Assembly (NCBI RefSeq): GCF_000025505.1
Contig: NC_013849.1
Location: 1,410,001-1,442,000, forward strand
Length of the DNA stretch: 32,000 nt
DNA from: Ferroglobus placidus DSM 10642
Lineage (GTDB): Archaea; Halobacteriota; Archaeoglobi; Archaeoglobales; Archaeoglobaceae
Direction: 5' to 3'
Each line of letters starts with the position of its first letter. The first letter of the stretch is position 1. Position numbers and translations under genes: made by a program. The notes below the pieces were generated by a model that did not search any database, was not told the origin of the DNA, and worked only from the letters and a program-made list of their open reading frames with translations. Shown one piece after another: positions 17,325 to 26,916 of the stretch.

Positions 17325-20258
17325 ATGACAGGAAACTGGCGCGCATTTAACGAAATTGAAAACGGTGAAATTACTGACGCTTCTTTTGTAGCGAACATAT
17401 GGAGAGTATACAAAGGCGACGCGGACATCGACGAGAGGTATAAAGATGCCAAGAAGTTTTTCGAGAGGACATTCATTTCAGAGGGATTAGAAAATGTGTT
17501 AAAGACAGCTATTGGAAGAGTTTTCGAAGGTAAAGGTGAACCGGTAATTTTGCTTCGAACAACCTTTGGAGGAGGAAAAACTCACACTCTAATAGCTATA
17601 TATCACGCTCTAAAGAACCCACAAACGATCTCAAAATATATCCAAGTACCTGAAAAACGTTTTTCACCCACGTTTGTTGCGTTTGACGGAAGAGAGTTAG
17701 ATTCTCACCGTTTAAAGGAATATTATGGAGCAAATAACTTGTGGCAATTCCTGATGAATGAAATTGCAAAAAAGAGCGGATTTAAAGAGTTTGAAAAAAT
17801 TTGCAGCGATTATTCGAACCCAAAGGAACCTCCAGGAAGTGAAGTGTTAAGAGAAGCATTTAGAAAACTTGAAGACTACGGTCATCCAGTCGTCTTTTTA
17901 CTCGATGAAGTCCCGGACTACATCAACAAATTGCAGTTAAAAGACGAAACTGAAGCTACAGCAGTTATACACTTTTTGGACTCCCTCGCTAACGCTGTAT
18001 CTCATTGCAAATACTCGCTCTTAGTTTTGGCAATACCCGAAATAAAAATGCTAACACAAATTAACGAAGAGATCGTAAGCAATCTGACTGAAAGAGTTGG
18101 TAGAGTTGCTATACCGAGAAACATCGTCGGGAAAAAAGATGCGGCTCACGTGTTAATACGTGCGTTAATCAAAAAAGTTGAAAGTGAGAGTCACAGAGAG
18201 ATTGACTCGCTCTACGAAGTTTACAAGAACAACACCAGGAGTTTTCCAGCGAGCATCTCTACAGCTGACTACCTCGAAAAGATGAGAGCTTATTATCCGT
18301 TCCATCCCCAATATATAGAAGTCCTGTACGACAAAATCGCCAGCCTTGAAACCTTTCAAAGCACGAGAGACATCTTAAGATTGACTGCTCACGTTTTACA
18401 CGTTCTTTGTAGAAAAGACCAGAGAAGGATGGTCTTTCTTTCCGACATAAACATGGCTGAAAAGAGCATAATAGACGAGTTCCTCGATAGGCACGGTTTT
18501 GCAAATCTTAGGCGAGCGATTGAAGTAGACCTTGAGGTTGTGAAAAAGTTAGATGAGGAGAACGTTAGACGAAATCTTCCAGCTATCTTTGTCCCGTTAT
18601 ACTCTTCTATAGCAGTTTACAGCGTAGCCGGTGAAGCTGCCTCGGTTAAGGATTTAACACTCGCAACAATAAAGCCTGGATTGCATCCAAACTACGTGTT
18701 GGGTGCATTGGAGCAGATGATGGAGTCAGATGTAGCTTACGTTTACAAGCTGACGGTAGACGGTGAAACGAAATACACTATTAAAGAGAGAATAAGTTGG
18801 GTTAGACTTGTTGATATAAAATCAAGAGACGTCAGCAATGAAGATGCGAGACAAGAGTTCGACAGTAGGTTTAATGAAGCTTTGAGAAGGTGGGGACGAA
18901 GTATATTTTCGATAGTCTCGCTTGCGAAATCTCCAAGGGATGTTAAAGATGATGAGATTTTGAAGCTCGTATTCTTGGATCCAAACGTAGTTAGAGACGA
19001 AGAAGAAACTCTGAATTTCTTTGCGATCTATTTTGATCCGGCTAAACAAGAACTCAGGAAGTTCAGGAATTCTGTTGTGTTTGCATTACCGGACCAAAGA
19101 GTATACTCGAAGAGTTTAGAAATTGCAAAGAAAATAATTGCTGCTCTGAGAATCAGGGAAGCTAAAGAAACTTACGGATTATCAGAAGAGGACATTGAGG
19201 AGTTAACAAAGCAGATCAATAAATGGAGGGAAGAACTAAAAGAGCGTGCAGCAGCAATTTACAGCAGAGTGGCGTATCCAATAGGCGGAAAAAATGGCGG
19301 AATCCGATTTGAAATTAAAACTGTAAATCACACTAATCCGGTTGAAGCTGCGGCAAAACTTCTTGAAAGAGAAGAGAAGGTGATAAGAGACATATCTGAA
19401 ACGTATTTGTTCAGGTTAGTTAACGAGTATTATGCAGCGATGGGGGATGTTGAATTAAAAATTAAAGAACTTTCTGAGTTTTTTGCAAGGGATCCAGAAA
19501 AACCGTATTTGCTGAAAGCAGCATCAATAGTTTCCGATAAAATTGCCGAACTTGTCGAAAACGGGAAAGTCGTAGTTTTGAAGGGTGGGAAAGTTTATGC
19601 ATATCAGAGAGTTAAAGTCGAGGAAGACGATGTCGTCATTCCAGGGAAGATTGCTGAGCAAAAAGGATTGTGCGTTGAATACGATGGAAAATTCATACCT
19701 CCGCCACCCTCTGAATTAGCTAAGCCAGTATGGGACGAAAAAAGCAGAAAGTGGGTTGAAGGAGAAGTAACAGTGGAAGAAAAGGCTGAAGTTGAGGAAA
19801 GGGGAGAGGAGGTCGAGGAAAAAGTTGAGATTGAAAAACCTAAGAAATTGAAGTTAGAAAATATAAACCTGCCAGAACTAATTGACGCCATTAAAGGAGA
19901 AAGTGGGACGTTTTTAGGTTTTGAAATCAGTGGAGAAGCAACGAAGGATGTGCAGAATACTATTAACTTCTTGAAGTCTTTGAGTGTTCAGTTGAAGAAG
20001 CTCGAACCAGAATTTTCTATATCCGCTGAAGTTGGAGACGGAGACAACATAGATCTCAGATTGACTGGAGATGTGAAAGTTAGCGGAATTAAAGAGGTCC
20101 TCACAATGCTCGAAAGACTTGGCTGCAGAAACATTAGGTATGAGATCGTAATCAGCGAAGCAAAAGCCGAAGACTTGCTCGAAAGCTTGGATGTAAAATT
20201 GTTAAGAGAGAAGTATCGAAAAGAGAAATTCAGCGTGAGTGCAAGGGTGAAAGAATGA
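17325..20258 (+). CDS. DUF499-like P-loop ATPase (defence/modification-associated)
   Basis: RTTFGGGKTHTLIAIYHAL Walker A (nt 17568-17582), VVFLLDEVPDYINKL Walker B-like, EFQS-like region TFQSTRDILRLTAHVL; 978-aa class size. ATG 17325 with upstream A/T-rich TATA-like element. Confidence 0.82.
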   Translation: MTGNWRAFNEIENGEITDASFVANIWRVYKGDADIDERYKDAKKFFERTFISEGLENVLKTAIGRVFEGKGEPVILLRTTFGGGKTHTLIAIYHALKNPQTISKYIQVPEKRFSPTFVAFDGRELDSHRLKEYYGANNLWQFLMNEIAKKSGFKEFEKICSDYSNPKEPPGSEVLREAFRKLEDYGHPVVFLLDEVPDYINKLQLKDETEATAVIHFLDSLANAVSHCKYSLLVLAIPEIKMLTQINEEIVSNLTERVGRVAIPRNIVGKKDAAHVLIRALIKKVESESHREIDSLYEVYKNNTRSFPASISTADYLEKMRAYYPFHPQYIEVLYDKIASLETFQSTRDILRLTAHVLHVLCRKDQRRMVFLSDINMAEKSIIDEFLDRHGFANLRRAIEVDLEVVKKLDEENVRRNLPAIFVPLYSSIAVYSVAGEAASVKDLTLATIKPGLHPNYVLGALEQMMESDVAYVYKLTVDGETKYTIKERISWVRLVDIKSRDVSNEDARQEFDSRFNEALRRWGRSIFSIVSLAKSPRDVKDDEILKLVFLDPNVVRDEEETLNFFAIYFDPAKQELRKFRNSVVFALPDQRVYSKSLEIAKKIIAALRIREAKETYGLSEEDIEELTKQINKWREELKERAAAIYSRVAYPIGGKNGGIRFEIKTVNHTNPVEAAAKLLEREEKVIRDISETYLFRLVNEYYAAMGDVELKIKELSEFFARDPEKPYLLKAASIVSDKIAELVENGKVVVLKGGKVYAYQRVKVEEDDVVIPGKIAEQKGLCVEYDGKFIPPPPSELAKPVWDEKSRKWVEGEVTVEEKAEVEERGEEVEEKVEIEKPKKLKLENINLPELIDAIKGESGTFLGFEISGEATKDVQNTINFLKSLSVQLKKLEPEFSISAEVGDGDNIDLRLTGDVKVSGIKEVLTMLERLGCRNIRYEIVISEAKAEDLLESLDVKLLREKYRKEKFSVSARVKE

Positions 20259-20284
20259 ACATCTACTAAAAATGCTCTATTGTT

Positions 20285-22903
20285 TTATTCGTTTATGAAC
20301 TCGTCGAGCGTTTTGATTCTATCTTTCTTTATTCTTATCCCGTTCGGTCTGATTGACAGCATTAGCAATCCTTGAATGGCCATTTTTTCTTCATCTTCCG
20401 GCTCGCCTTCCGCAAGGATTAGCTCGAGGAATTTCGTTGTAACTTCGTCGAGTTTATATCCATGATCCTCAAGAACTTTAATCGCCTCGTGGGGTCCGTT
20501 CGATAAGTATGCTTTGAGACTCGAAGCAATCGCGTCTACCAACCACTTCCCTTCTCCTTTTATCTCCGTAAGAGGCTTTATCTTGTAAGCTTTCGTGCCG
20601 TCCTTTTTCTTTGAAGCTGACGTGTATTTTTCGATGAATTCTTCGTGATCGTAGTTTAGTCCGTAGGCGAGGTAGCGAAGGGAGTCGTATTCTGGTTCGC
20701 CGTAAACTACCCTCGCCATGAGATACATCGCCGTTGCCTGATCGAGAGGGGCTGAAACAAGCTTTTCGAGAACGAGTTTCGAAACTTCGCTCGAAGCAAA
20801 TTGCAAGATTTCTTCGAGATCAACTTTCCGCCCGTCGTACGTGTAGAGGGGCCAGTGCTTCCCGACAACTTCGAAAGCAGCACCCATCCCCATGAGGATA
20901 GCGTCGGAGTAACTCAGGTTGTAGTTAATCGTCCTTTCCACTTCCTTTTCGATCGCTTTTCTGACTTCAGCTCTCAGATTAGCGTCCCAAATCCCTTCAG
21001 TCTCCTTCTCCTTCGGTTTTAACCCGAGGACGAGCATAGTCTTTACGGCGGCTTTTCCAACTATGTGAATACTCCTCGGCTGTTCACTGGCAAATCCCCA
21101 GACGGCGAAGGGGATAAAGCCAGCGTCTAAGGCGGCGTTGAGCATGACTTTCAATCCTTTGAGGCTCCTGTGAGCATACATGAAGACCGCTATTCCATCT
21201 GGCTTTAGCGAAGCTTTTACAAGTTCCAGAACTTCTTTAAGGCTCGACTCGAACCATTTCTCGTCTCTCTTTCTGGTTTTGTTTACTACTATTTCATCCT
21301 CTTTCGGAGTCAGCTCAGTGGAGAACGCCTCTGGATAAAGGTGTCCTATGCTCCTCTTGTGCCAAACGTAGAAGAAGTCAGCGAGCTCCGAATACTGGAC
21401 GTTCGCGTAATAGGGAGGATCTGTTACAACGTAATCGAACTCTCCGAGTTCGAGATACAAACTTGGATCTTTAGCGTTGCCGAGAACGACTTTGACGTCT
21501 CCTTTCGCATCTTTTAGAAGGTTTACGATCTTTTTGAGGGCTGAAACCACTCCTACATTACTTAGCAATGCCCATTCCAATAAACAGTTTTTAGATAATA
21601 AATCTCCTTCAGCAAAGTCTTGGCCCATTCTATAAGCGTGCCGATTAAAAGTATCTCTAATTGACCCTTTGTTATAGGAATCCCAAGAAGTTAAGACTGA
21701 GTTGTAATCAAGCAGCTTTCCGTGGGCTAAAGCCAGATACGTCACGACAGCCTTTGCGTATTCTTCGTCTTCTCCCTCGTTTAAGATTTTTTCGTAAGCT
21801 TCTCTGATGAGTTTAACGATTGTTGCATGAGTCAAAAGCTGTCGAGCGTTGAAGAGCTTGTAGAACTTGTTTATACTCCTCAAAAGAACTTCTCTCGTTT
21901 TATCACCTTCAGGAATTTCCTCTGTGGGGATTAAATCTTTTTCAACGAATTCCTGCCACCTTTCTCTCAAGACCTCCCCAGCTCTCTTAGTAGCTTCAAC
22001 CATTTCGTCTGTTGGCTCCACGAATCTTCCATCGGAAAGTTTGACAGCTGCTAATATTGCAGGATGGTGTCCGTACATTTCTTCCTTCTCCCACCTGTCC
22101 ATTTCCATCCTGTATTGAGCAGACATCTCTTTGGAGGTTAACGTGTGCCCGTCAGGACAGTTCAAACTCTTAACCCCAGTTCCGACTTTATCACCCTCTC
22201 CTTTCACAACCCTAACAACTGGTCTCTCTCCGTCATAATCAAGTTTCAAAGCATACTTGTTCTCTTTAGACAAGATGGGGTGAGAAATTGCTGGAACGAG
22301 TTTTCCGCAGCGACATCTGTAAACCCTGATCCAGATGTAGTTTGCTGGTTCACCTTCTGGGTGCCTCGGGTAGTATTCTGCGAGCTCTTCTCTAACTCTT
22401 TCCAGCAACCACCTGCCCCACTTTTCGACATCTTTAACGAGCTTTTCTCTATACTTTAGGGGGTATTCGAGCGTTGCTTTTAGCAAAATGTAAGCTATCG
22501 GGTTGTATTCGACAGCCACGACCTCCTTAAATCCGAGTCTAAGAGCCTCGAAGGGAATTGATCCACCTCCGGCGAAAACGTCAAGTAGTCTCGCACTCTT
22601 AACGTCCGCATGCTCAAAAACCCAGTCTAAGTTTGGAGAGTAATTGTAAGCTGGTCTGTCGGGGCGTTTGTTTCTGTAAAGTAGGGAGACTGCCTGTTTA
22701 AACTCTTGAAGGAACTTTTTGTCCGGCTCTTTCTCAACTTTAACGGTTGAAGCAGCTATTGTAACTCTCGAGCCTATTAGGGGGCGGCGAGCCCACCAGA
22801 GGTGAAGGTAAAACATTGGTGGGGAAATAACTGCCCGTTCTCTAATCGATTCTTCAGAAGTCTCGAACGTCGGGAAGTAGTATTTGATAAGCCTTTCTGA
22901 CAT
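20285..22903 (-). CDS. DUF1156-like DNA methyltransferase
   Basis: RLIKYYFPTFETSEESIRERAV..PPMFYLHLWWARRPL, motif I-like LLDVFAGGGSIPFEALRLG, motif IV VTDPPYYANVQYSELADFFYVW (about nt 21410-21430), and a CRCG...CPDGH zinc-ribbon-like insertion. Confidence 0.88.
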   Translation of the reverse strand: MSERLIKYYFPTFETSEESIRERAVISPPMFYLHLWWARRPLIGSRVTIAASTVKVEKEPDKKFLQEFKQAVSLLYRNKRPDRPAYNYSPNLDWVFEHADVKSARLLDVFAGGGSIPFEALRLGFKEVVAVEYNPIAYILLKATLEYPLKYREKLVKDVEKWGRWLLERVREELAEYYPRHPEGEPANYIWIRVYRCRCGKLVPAISHPILSKENKYALKLDYDGERPVVRVVKGEGDKVGTGVKSLNCPDGHTLTSKEMSAQYRMEMDRWEKEEMYGHHPAILAAVKLSDGRFVEPTDEMVEATKRAGEVLRERWQEFVEKDLIPTEEIPEGDKTREVLLRSINKFYKLFNARQLLTHATIVKLIREAYEKILNEGEDEEYAKAVVTYLALAHGKLLDYNSVLTSWDSYNKGSIRDTFNRHAYRMGQDFAEGDLLSKNCLLEWALLSNVGVVSALKKIVNLLKDAKGDVKVVLGNAKDPSLYLELGEFDYVVTDPPYYANVQYSELADFFYVWHKRSIGHLYPEAFSTELTPKEDEIVVNKTRKRDEKWFESSLKEVLELVKASLKPDGIAVFMYAHRSLKGLKVMLNAALDAGFIPFAVWGFASEQPRSIHIVGKAAVKTMLVLGLKPKEKETEGIWDANLRAEVRKAIEKEVERTINYNLSYSDAILMGMGAAFEVVGKHWPLYTYDGRKVDLEEILQFASSEVSKLVLEKLVSAPLDQATAMYLMARVVYGEPEYDSLRYLAYGLNYDHEEFIEKYTSASKKKDGTKAYKIKPLTEIKGEGKWLVDAIASSLKAYLSNGPHEAIKVLEDHGYKLDEVTTKFLELILAEGEPEDEEKMAIQGLLMLSIRPNGIRIKKDRIKTLDEFINE

Positions 22904-22930
22904 ATTCGAATTCCACCCCCGAAAAACGAC

Positions 22931-24073
22931 TTAAAGACTCTTTAAAAAGCTTATGAGGTCGACACTCTTTAACTGCTTGACTTTCGTGAGTATTTTCAGC
23001 TTGCTACTATTTGCAACGAGCCTTTTGTTTGATACGTATTTCAGCACGTCTTCTTCCAGCGCAATTCTCACCCTTTCAGTTTCTATACCAATCTGCTCGT
23101 AGTTGAATAGCTTTTGAGCAGCCATTCTTTTCTTCTTGGATTGGGAAGTTAAAGTTTTGAGAGGGACTGCCGTATCTTCCGGATAAATTTCCTCAACTTC
23201 CTTTAACCCAACTTTCTGATAAGCGTAATCGTCTTTGTTGAACAGCCTTAAGTCGCTAATTTTTTCCTCTACTCCGTAATCCCTCGTCCCAAGGTGATTG
23301 TCTGCGATTGCATCGAGACCCAAACCGAAAGACAGAACATCTTGAGCTAAGATCTCACTGCTCTTTTTGCTCGGCTTTCCGATGTTAACGTTTACGCTGT
23401 AAATAAAAGCGTCAACGTCTTTTTGGTGGAGCAGGTTCTGTATCTGAGATATCTGCTGGTAATGAGTAAAGGGTGTTCGTCCAGCAAAATCCAAGCAAAA
23501 AGCTTTGATACCATGCTCAAAATACAGATCAAGGAGTTCGGAAATTTTGACTGGCGGCAGAGTTATAGGAATCAAACCCATTATCGGTTTTCTCTGCTTG
23601 GACCCCTCAGCTTTTTCAAGAAAACTCTCTACTATCGAGAAATACCTCTCAATGTCCTTTACGGTTGCGACTTTGTGAACTCTCTCGACAGTAGGAGGAA
23701 CGTAAAAATCGAAGACGCTCTCGGTATCTCTGATGAAATCCAATTCGGAATCGGTAACTTCAAACGTTTTTAACGCGGGAACGAAAATAATCGGTGTGCT
23801 TTTAGAAGGGACATTGTGTAAAGCTCTCTTGATGTCCTTATTCAGTCTGTCTCTGCTTTCAACCTTTCCCGACACGAGTTCGATTAGTTTCTCCTTAGTG
23901 AATGTCTTGTAAACTTCTCCAACGTATTCCTCCCAGTTCAGCTTAATATCTGACTTAAAGTATCTGAGGTTAATAGCTTTGATCGGAGTTTTGAAGCTTT
24001 TACCTCTGATTTTAACCTTCTTGTGAGAATAGAACGTCTTCTCGTCTTCTCTTACAACTTCAATTTTTAACAT
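22931..24073 (-). CDS. Uncharacterised 380-aa protein, possible TIM-barrel/TGT-like fold
   Basis: Intact ORF 27 nt upstream of the DUF1156-like gene on the same strand. Alternating strand/helix pattern with KPIMGLIPITLPP...YFEHGIKAFCLDFAGR...AFIYSVNVNIGKPS...DVLSFGLGLDAIADNHLG. Family not identified. Confidence 0.75.
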   Translation of the reverse strand: MLKIEVVREDEKTFYSHKKVKIRGKSFKTPIKAINLRYFKSDIKLNWEEYVGEVYKTFTKEKLIELVSGKVESRDRLNKDIKRALHNVPSKSTPIIFVPALKTFEVTDSELDFIRDTESVFDFYVPPTVERVHKVATVKDIERYFSIVESFLEKAEGSKQRKPIMGLIPITLPPVKISELLDLYFEHGIKAFCLDFAGRTPFTHYQQISQIQNLLHQKDVDAFIYSVNVNIGKPSKKSSEILAQDVLSFGLGLDAIADNHLGTRDYGVEEKISDLRLFNKDDYAYQKVGLKEVEEIYPEDTAVPLKTLTSQSKKKRMAAQKLFNYEQIGIETERVRIALEEDVLKYVSNKRLVANSSKLKILTKVKQLKSVDLISFLKSL

Positions 24074-24112
24074 CGAAATGTTTTATAACGACAACCCTTA
24101 AAACTTTTCCTA

Positions 24113-24706
24113 ATGGCTATTGAAGCGGATCATTTGAAACATCTGAGCCCAATACAAGCTCTTATTCTATTGCTGCTTGACAGCGAAAACGCTCAACCAG
24201 TTAAAGGAAGAACTTGGCTTCAGAAGGAGATGTTCCTAATATTAAGCAATGCTGGCAAAGAAATTGAAGAAGAGGCACAGTTCGAACCTCACCACTTTGG
24301 ACCCTACAGCGAGGTCGTGGAGTCAGAATTAGCGAATCTAAAATTACTTGGACTTGTGGACGAAAATAAAGAGATACGGATAACTAAGGCTGGTAAAAAG
24401 ATTGCAGCAGAACTGAGAAAATACGTCAGCCCGAAATTTCTTGAGTTCATATCCCAAGTGAAAAGAGAACTAAATGATCTTACCGAAGACGAGTTGCTCG
24501 CCTATATATACTTTACTTTCCCCGAAATGACGAGCGAATCGAAAGCCTTAGAGAGAATTTTAAAGAAGAGGAAGTGGCTTGCTTTATCGCTCTATCGAAA
24601 AGGAAAAGTCAGCTTATCTAAAGCATCACAAATCGCTGGCGTAAGTGTTAGCGAGTTCTCTAAATTTTTAAGAAGTAAAAATATTGGGGTCTCTCTGGGG
24701 TGGTAA
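24113..24706 (+). CDS. Winged-helix protein with UPF0175-like C-terminal domain, probable antitoxin
   Basis: N-terminal GRTWLQKEMFLILSNAG...FEPHHFGPYSEVVESELANLKLLGLV (wHTH/Panacea-like flavour) and C-terminal LALSLYRKGKVSLSKASQIAGVSVSEFSKFLRSKNI (UPF0175-like); next gene is a PIN protein. Confidence 0.7.
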   Translation: MAIEADHLKHLSPIQALILLLLDSENAQPVKGRTWLQKEMFLILSNAGKEIEEEAQFEPHHFGPYSEVVESELANLKLLGLVDENKEIRITKAGKKIAAELRKYVSPKFLEFISQVKRELNDLTEDELLAYIYFTFPEMTSESKALERILKKRKWLALSLYRKGKVSLSKASQIAGVSVSEFSKFLRSKNIGVSLGW

Positions 24707-25199
24707 CATCCCGGAGAGCTTAATTTTGGATACAAGCGTGCTTATTGCGTTTTATTCAGAGCTGGCTCGTCCGGAATTGCTGTTATCTCTCCACGATCAT
24801 GGTTTTCGCTTGTATGTCCCTAAAGCCGTGTATGAGGAATTTATGGATGACGTAAACTTCAAACATTTAGAGACTCACGTAAAAAACGGATATTATACGA
24901 TACTCGGGAATATTCCCGAAAACGATGTTTACAGACTTAAACTGAAGTTCCCAAGTCTTGGAGATGGCGAAATTGAAGTTATCTGGTGGGGGCTAAAGTT
25001 TGAGAACTGTTTTTGCGTGTTGGACGATAAAAAAGCTAACAAGAGCGCAAAAAGCATGGGCTTGAAAGTAACTGGAACAATAGGTATTTTGCGGATTTTG
25101 GCTGAAATGGGGGTTATAAGTGAGAGTGAAAAGCGAAAATTGTGTGTAGAATTAATTGAGCGCGGATTTCGATTTCCGAAAGAGAAGTGTTTCGAGTAG
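24684..25199 (+). CDS. PIN-domain toxin-like protein (DUF3368-like)
   Basis: LILDTSVLIAFYSELARPELL, LGDGEIEVIWWGLKFENCFCVLDDKKANKSAKSMGLKVTGTIGIL. TTG start in the track; overlaps the preceding gene. Confidence 0.82.
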   Translation: MGSLWGGNIPESLILDTSVLIAFYSELARPELLLSLHDHGFRLYVPKAVYEEFMDDVNFKHLETHVKNGYYTILGNIPENDVYRLKLKFPSLGDGEIEVIWWGLKFENCFCVLDDKKANKSAKSMGLKVTGTIGILRILAEMGVISESEKRKLCVELIERGFRFPKEKCFE

Positions 25200-25235
25200 T
25201 AATTTATTTATCGATCAGATTTTGATTAATACATA

Positions 25236-26912
25236 ATGCTGATCGAAGACCACATTAAGAATCTGACAAAGCAAGAAGGTTGTGCTAAAGCAGCATCTGA
25301 AATTTTAAGTAGAACAGCACACTTGATAAAAGCAAGAAGTGTCGCTTACGGAGCTGCTCATTGTATTTTCAAGGCTCGTCTCGTCGAAGCGTTTGGGGCG
25401 AGTGGTTTCTTTCAGAGCATAATCCCCGGAAAAGGTAATCTCGTTCACCAAATCCTCGCTATTGCTTTTCCTCGAGCGTTCGTCGATAAAATAAAAAGAA
25501 ATTTGCAAGAACTCAAATACTACGTTGACGAAGCTGAAAAACTCTTAGAAGAATATGGAATGATTTCTGATCCTTCTCCAAATCTAATCTCTACAGCAAA
25601 AAATGAGTCTCTGACAATGCTAAAACACGCTTTAAAAGTCATTCCAGAAATAGCGGAAAAAATAGGATTGGAACTCGAGAGAGCGAGAGTTTACGCAGAA
25701 ATGCAGTTGATGAGTTACAAACTTCACGTTTGGGGTGTAATCGACGCACTCGTCGAAGATAGGATTAATAGAAAAGCAATCGTGATTGACTGGAAGACTG
25801 GGCATCAACTTGAAAGTAAGGCTGCACAAATAAGTGATCCAGACATAGCCCAGGTTTGCTGCTACGCGTTACTTGAAGCTGATAGACTCGAATTTGAAGA
25901 TCCAAGAAAACCAGTTTTAGAAGGAGAGATCGTTCCCTTAATTATCAGACCCCGCGGAAATATACCAGTGGCGAGTATAAGCCCAGTATACGAAACTATG
26001 AAGAGAAGGACAACCTTAGAGGAATACCTCAATAACATAATCTTGGCAGCAGAGCACCTGACTCTCGTCTTAAGTAACGTAAGAAGACTTATAGGACCAA
26101 CTTTCGAGAATATATGTAAATTTAAAACTCGGCAAGGCAGAAGAGCAAGCGCTTTTCGATATACTCCCTACAACCTGCCAAAAGGAAACCCAAAGACCAA
26201 TAGTTACCGATGCAAAATATGTGGATTAACTGAGGAATGTCTTTTCTACATAGGAAGCTACGAAGAACCCGAAGAGATTGATAGACTCGCTTGGAGGTCG
26301 AGATACGCAATTTATGCGATAAGAGAGAACGCACTAATGCCCTACAAGGAAATCCACGAAAAAATAAGTTACTATAATTTCGACGTTAGGAGTTTTGAGC
26401 AAGGAGAAACTTTCACACTCGAAAGTGGAAACAGAATAGACGTGTTTAGCGATGCTGAAGCATCTGAAGACGGAATAATCCTTAGAAGAGAAGTTAGAGA
26501 AAGAGAAATAAGAGAGGAGAGGATAATTTCGGTAAGAGAAGGTAGGCCAGTGGCAGTTTTTTTCTACGAGGACGTTAAAAGCCCCTTACTAAGGTTGAGC
26601 TTCGTCGGTAGGGTTGACGAATTTCAGCAGGAGGAAGATGAAGTCTCTATTCTTGTAAGCGCACCGAACATCCCCTCAAGGCTACACCATATCCTCTTCA
26701 AGTTTTACCTTGAAAATTGGAGAGATCTGACACTCAGCATACTGGCTGTCGAGACAAACGTAGATTTGACACAAATGGAACTCAGGGCGATAGACGCTTT
26801 TCAGAGAGGAACAAAAAGGATGAAAGAAAAACTCTATAATCTTGAAGAGAACTTAGAAAATCTCAAAAATGAAGCTCTTGCCATACTCTTTGGTTCTCTA
26901 CCTTTGAGGTGA
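25236..26912 (+). CDS. PD-(D/E)XK nuclease, Cas4/RecB-like, with a C-terminal 4-Cys motif
   Basis: VWGVIDALVEDRINRKAIVIDWKTGHQ (G-x-I-D / D-W-K nuclease core) then ICKF...YRCKICGLTEEC, four Cys reminiscent of Fe-S nucleases. Confidence 0.75.
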   Translation: MLIEDHIKNLTKQEGCAKAASEILSRTAHLIKARSVAYGAAHCIFKARLVEAFGASGFFQSIIPGKGNLVHQILAIAFPRAFVDKIKRNLQELKYYVDEAEKLLEEYGMISDPSPNLISTAKNESLTMLKHALKVIPEIAEKIGLELERARVYAEMQLMSYKLHVWGVIDALVEDRINRKAIVIDWKTGHQLESKAAQISDPDIAQVCCYALLEADRLEFEDPRKPVLEGEIVPLIIRPRGNIPVASISPVYETMKRRTTLEEYLNNIILAAEHLTLVLSNVRRLIGPTFENICKFKTRQGRRASAFRYTPYNLPKGNPKTNSYRCKICGLTEECLFYIGSYEEPEEIDRLAWRSRYAIYAIRENALMPYKEIHEKISYYNFDVRSFEQGETFTLESGNRIDVFSDAEASEDGIILRREVREREIREERIISVREGRPVAVFFYEDVKSPLLRLSFVGRVDEFQQEEDEVSILVSAPNIPSRLHHILFKFYLENWRDLTLSILAVETNVDLTQMELRAIDAFQRGTKRMKEKLYNLEENLENLKNEALAILFGSLPLR

Positions 26913-26916
26913 GCGT

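Noticed and set aside
17140-17325. 61-aa ORF between tupA and the DUF499-like gene
   Set aside because: Weak start, no motif, overlaps the ATPase promoter; at most a remnant.
21867-22459. Plus-strand ORFs antisense to the DUF1156-like methylase
   Set aside because: Shadow ORFs; the methylase frame is continuous and carries motifs.
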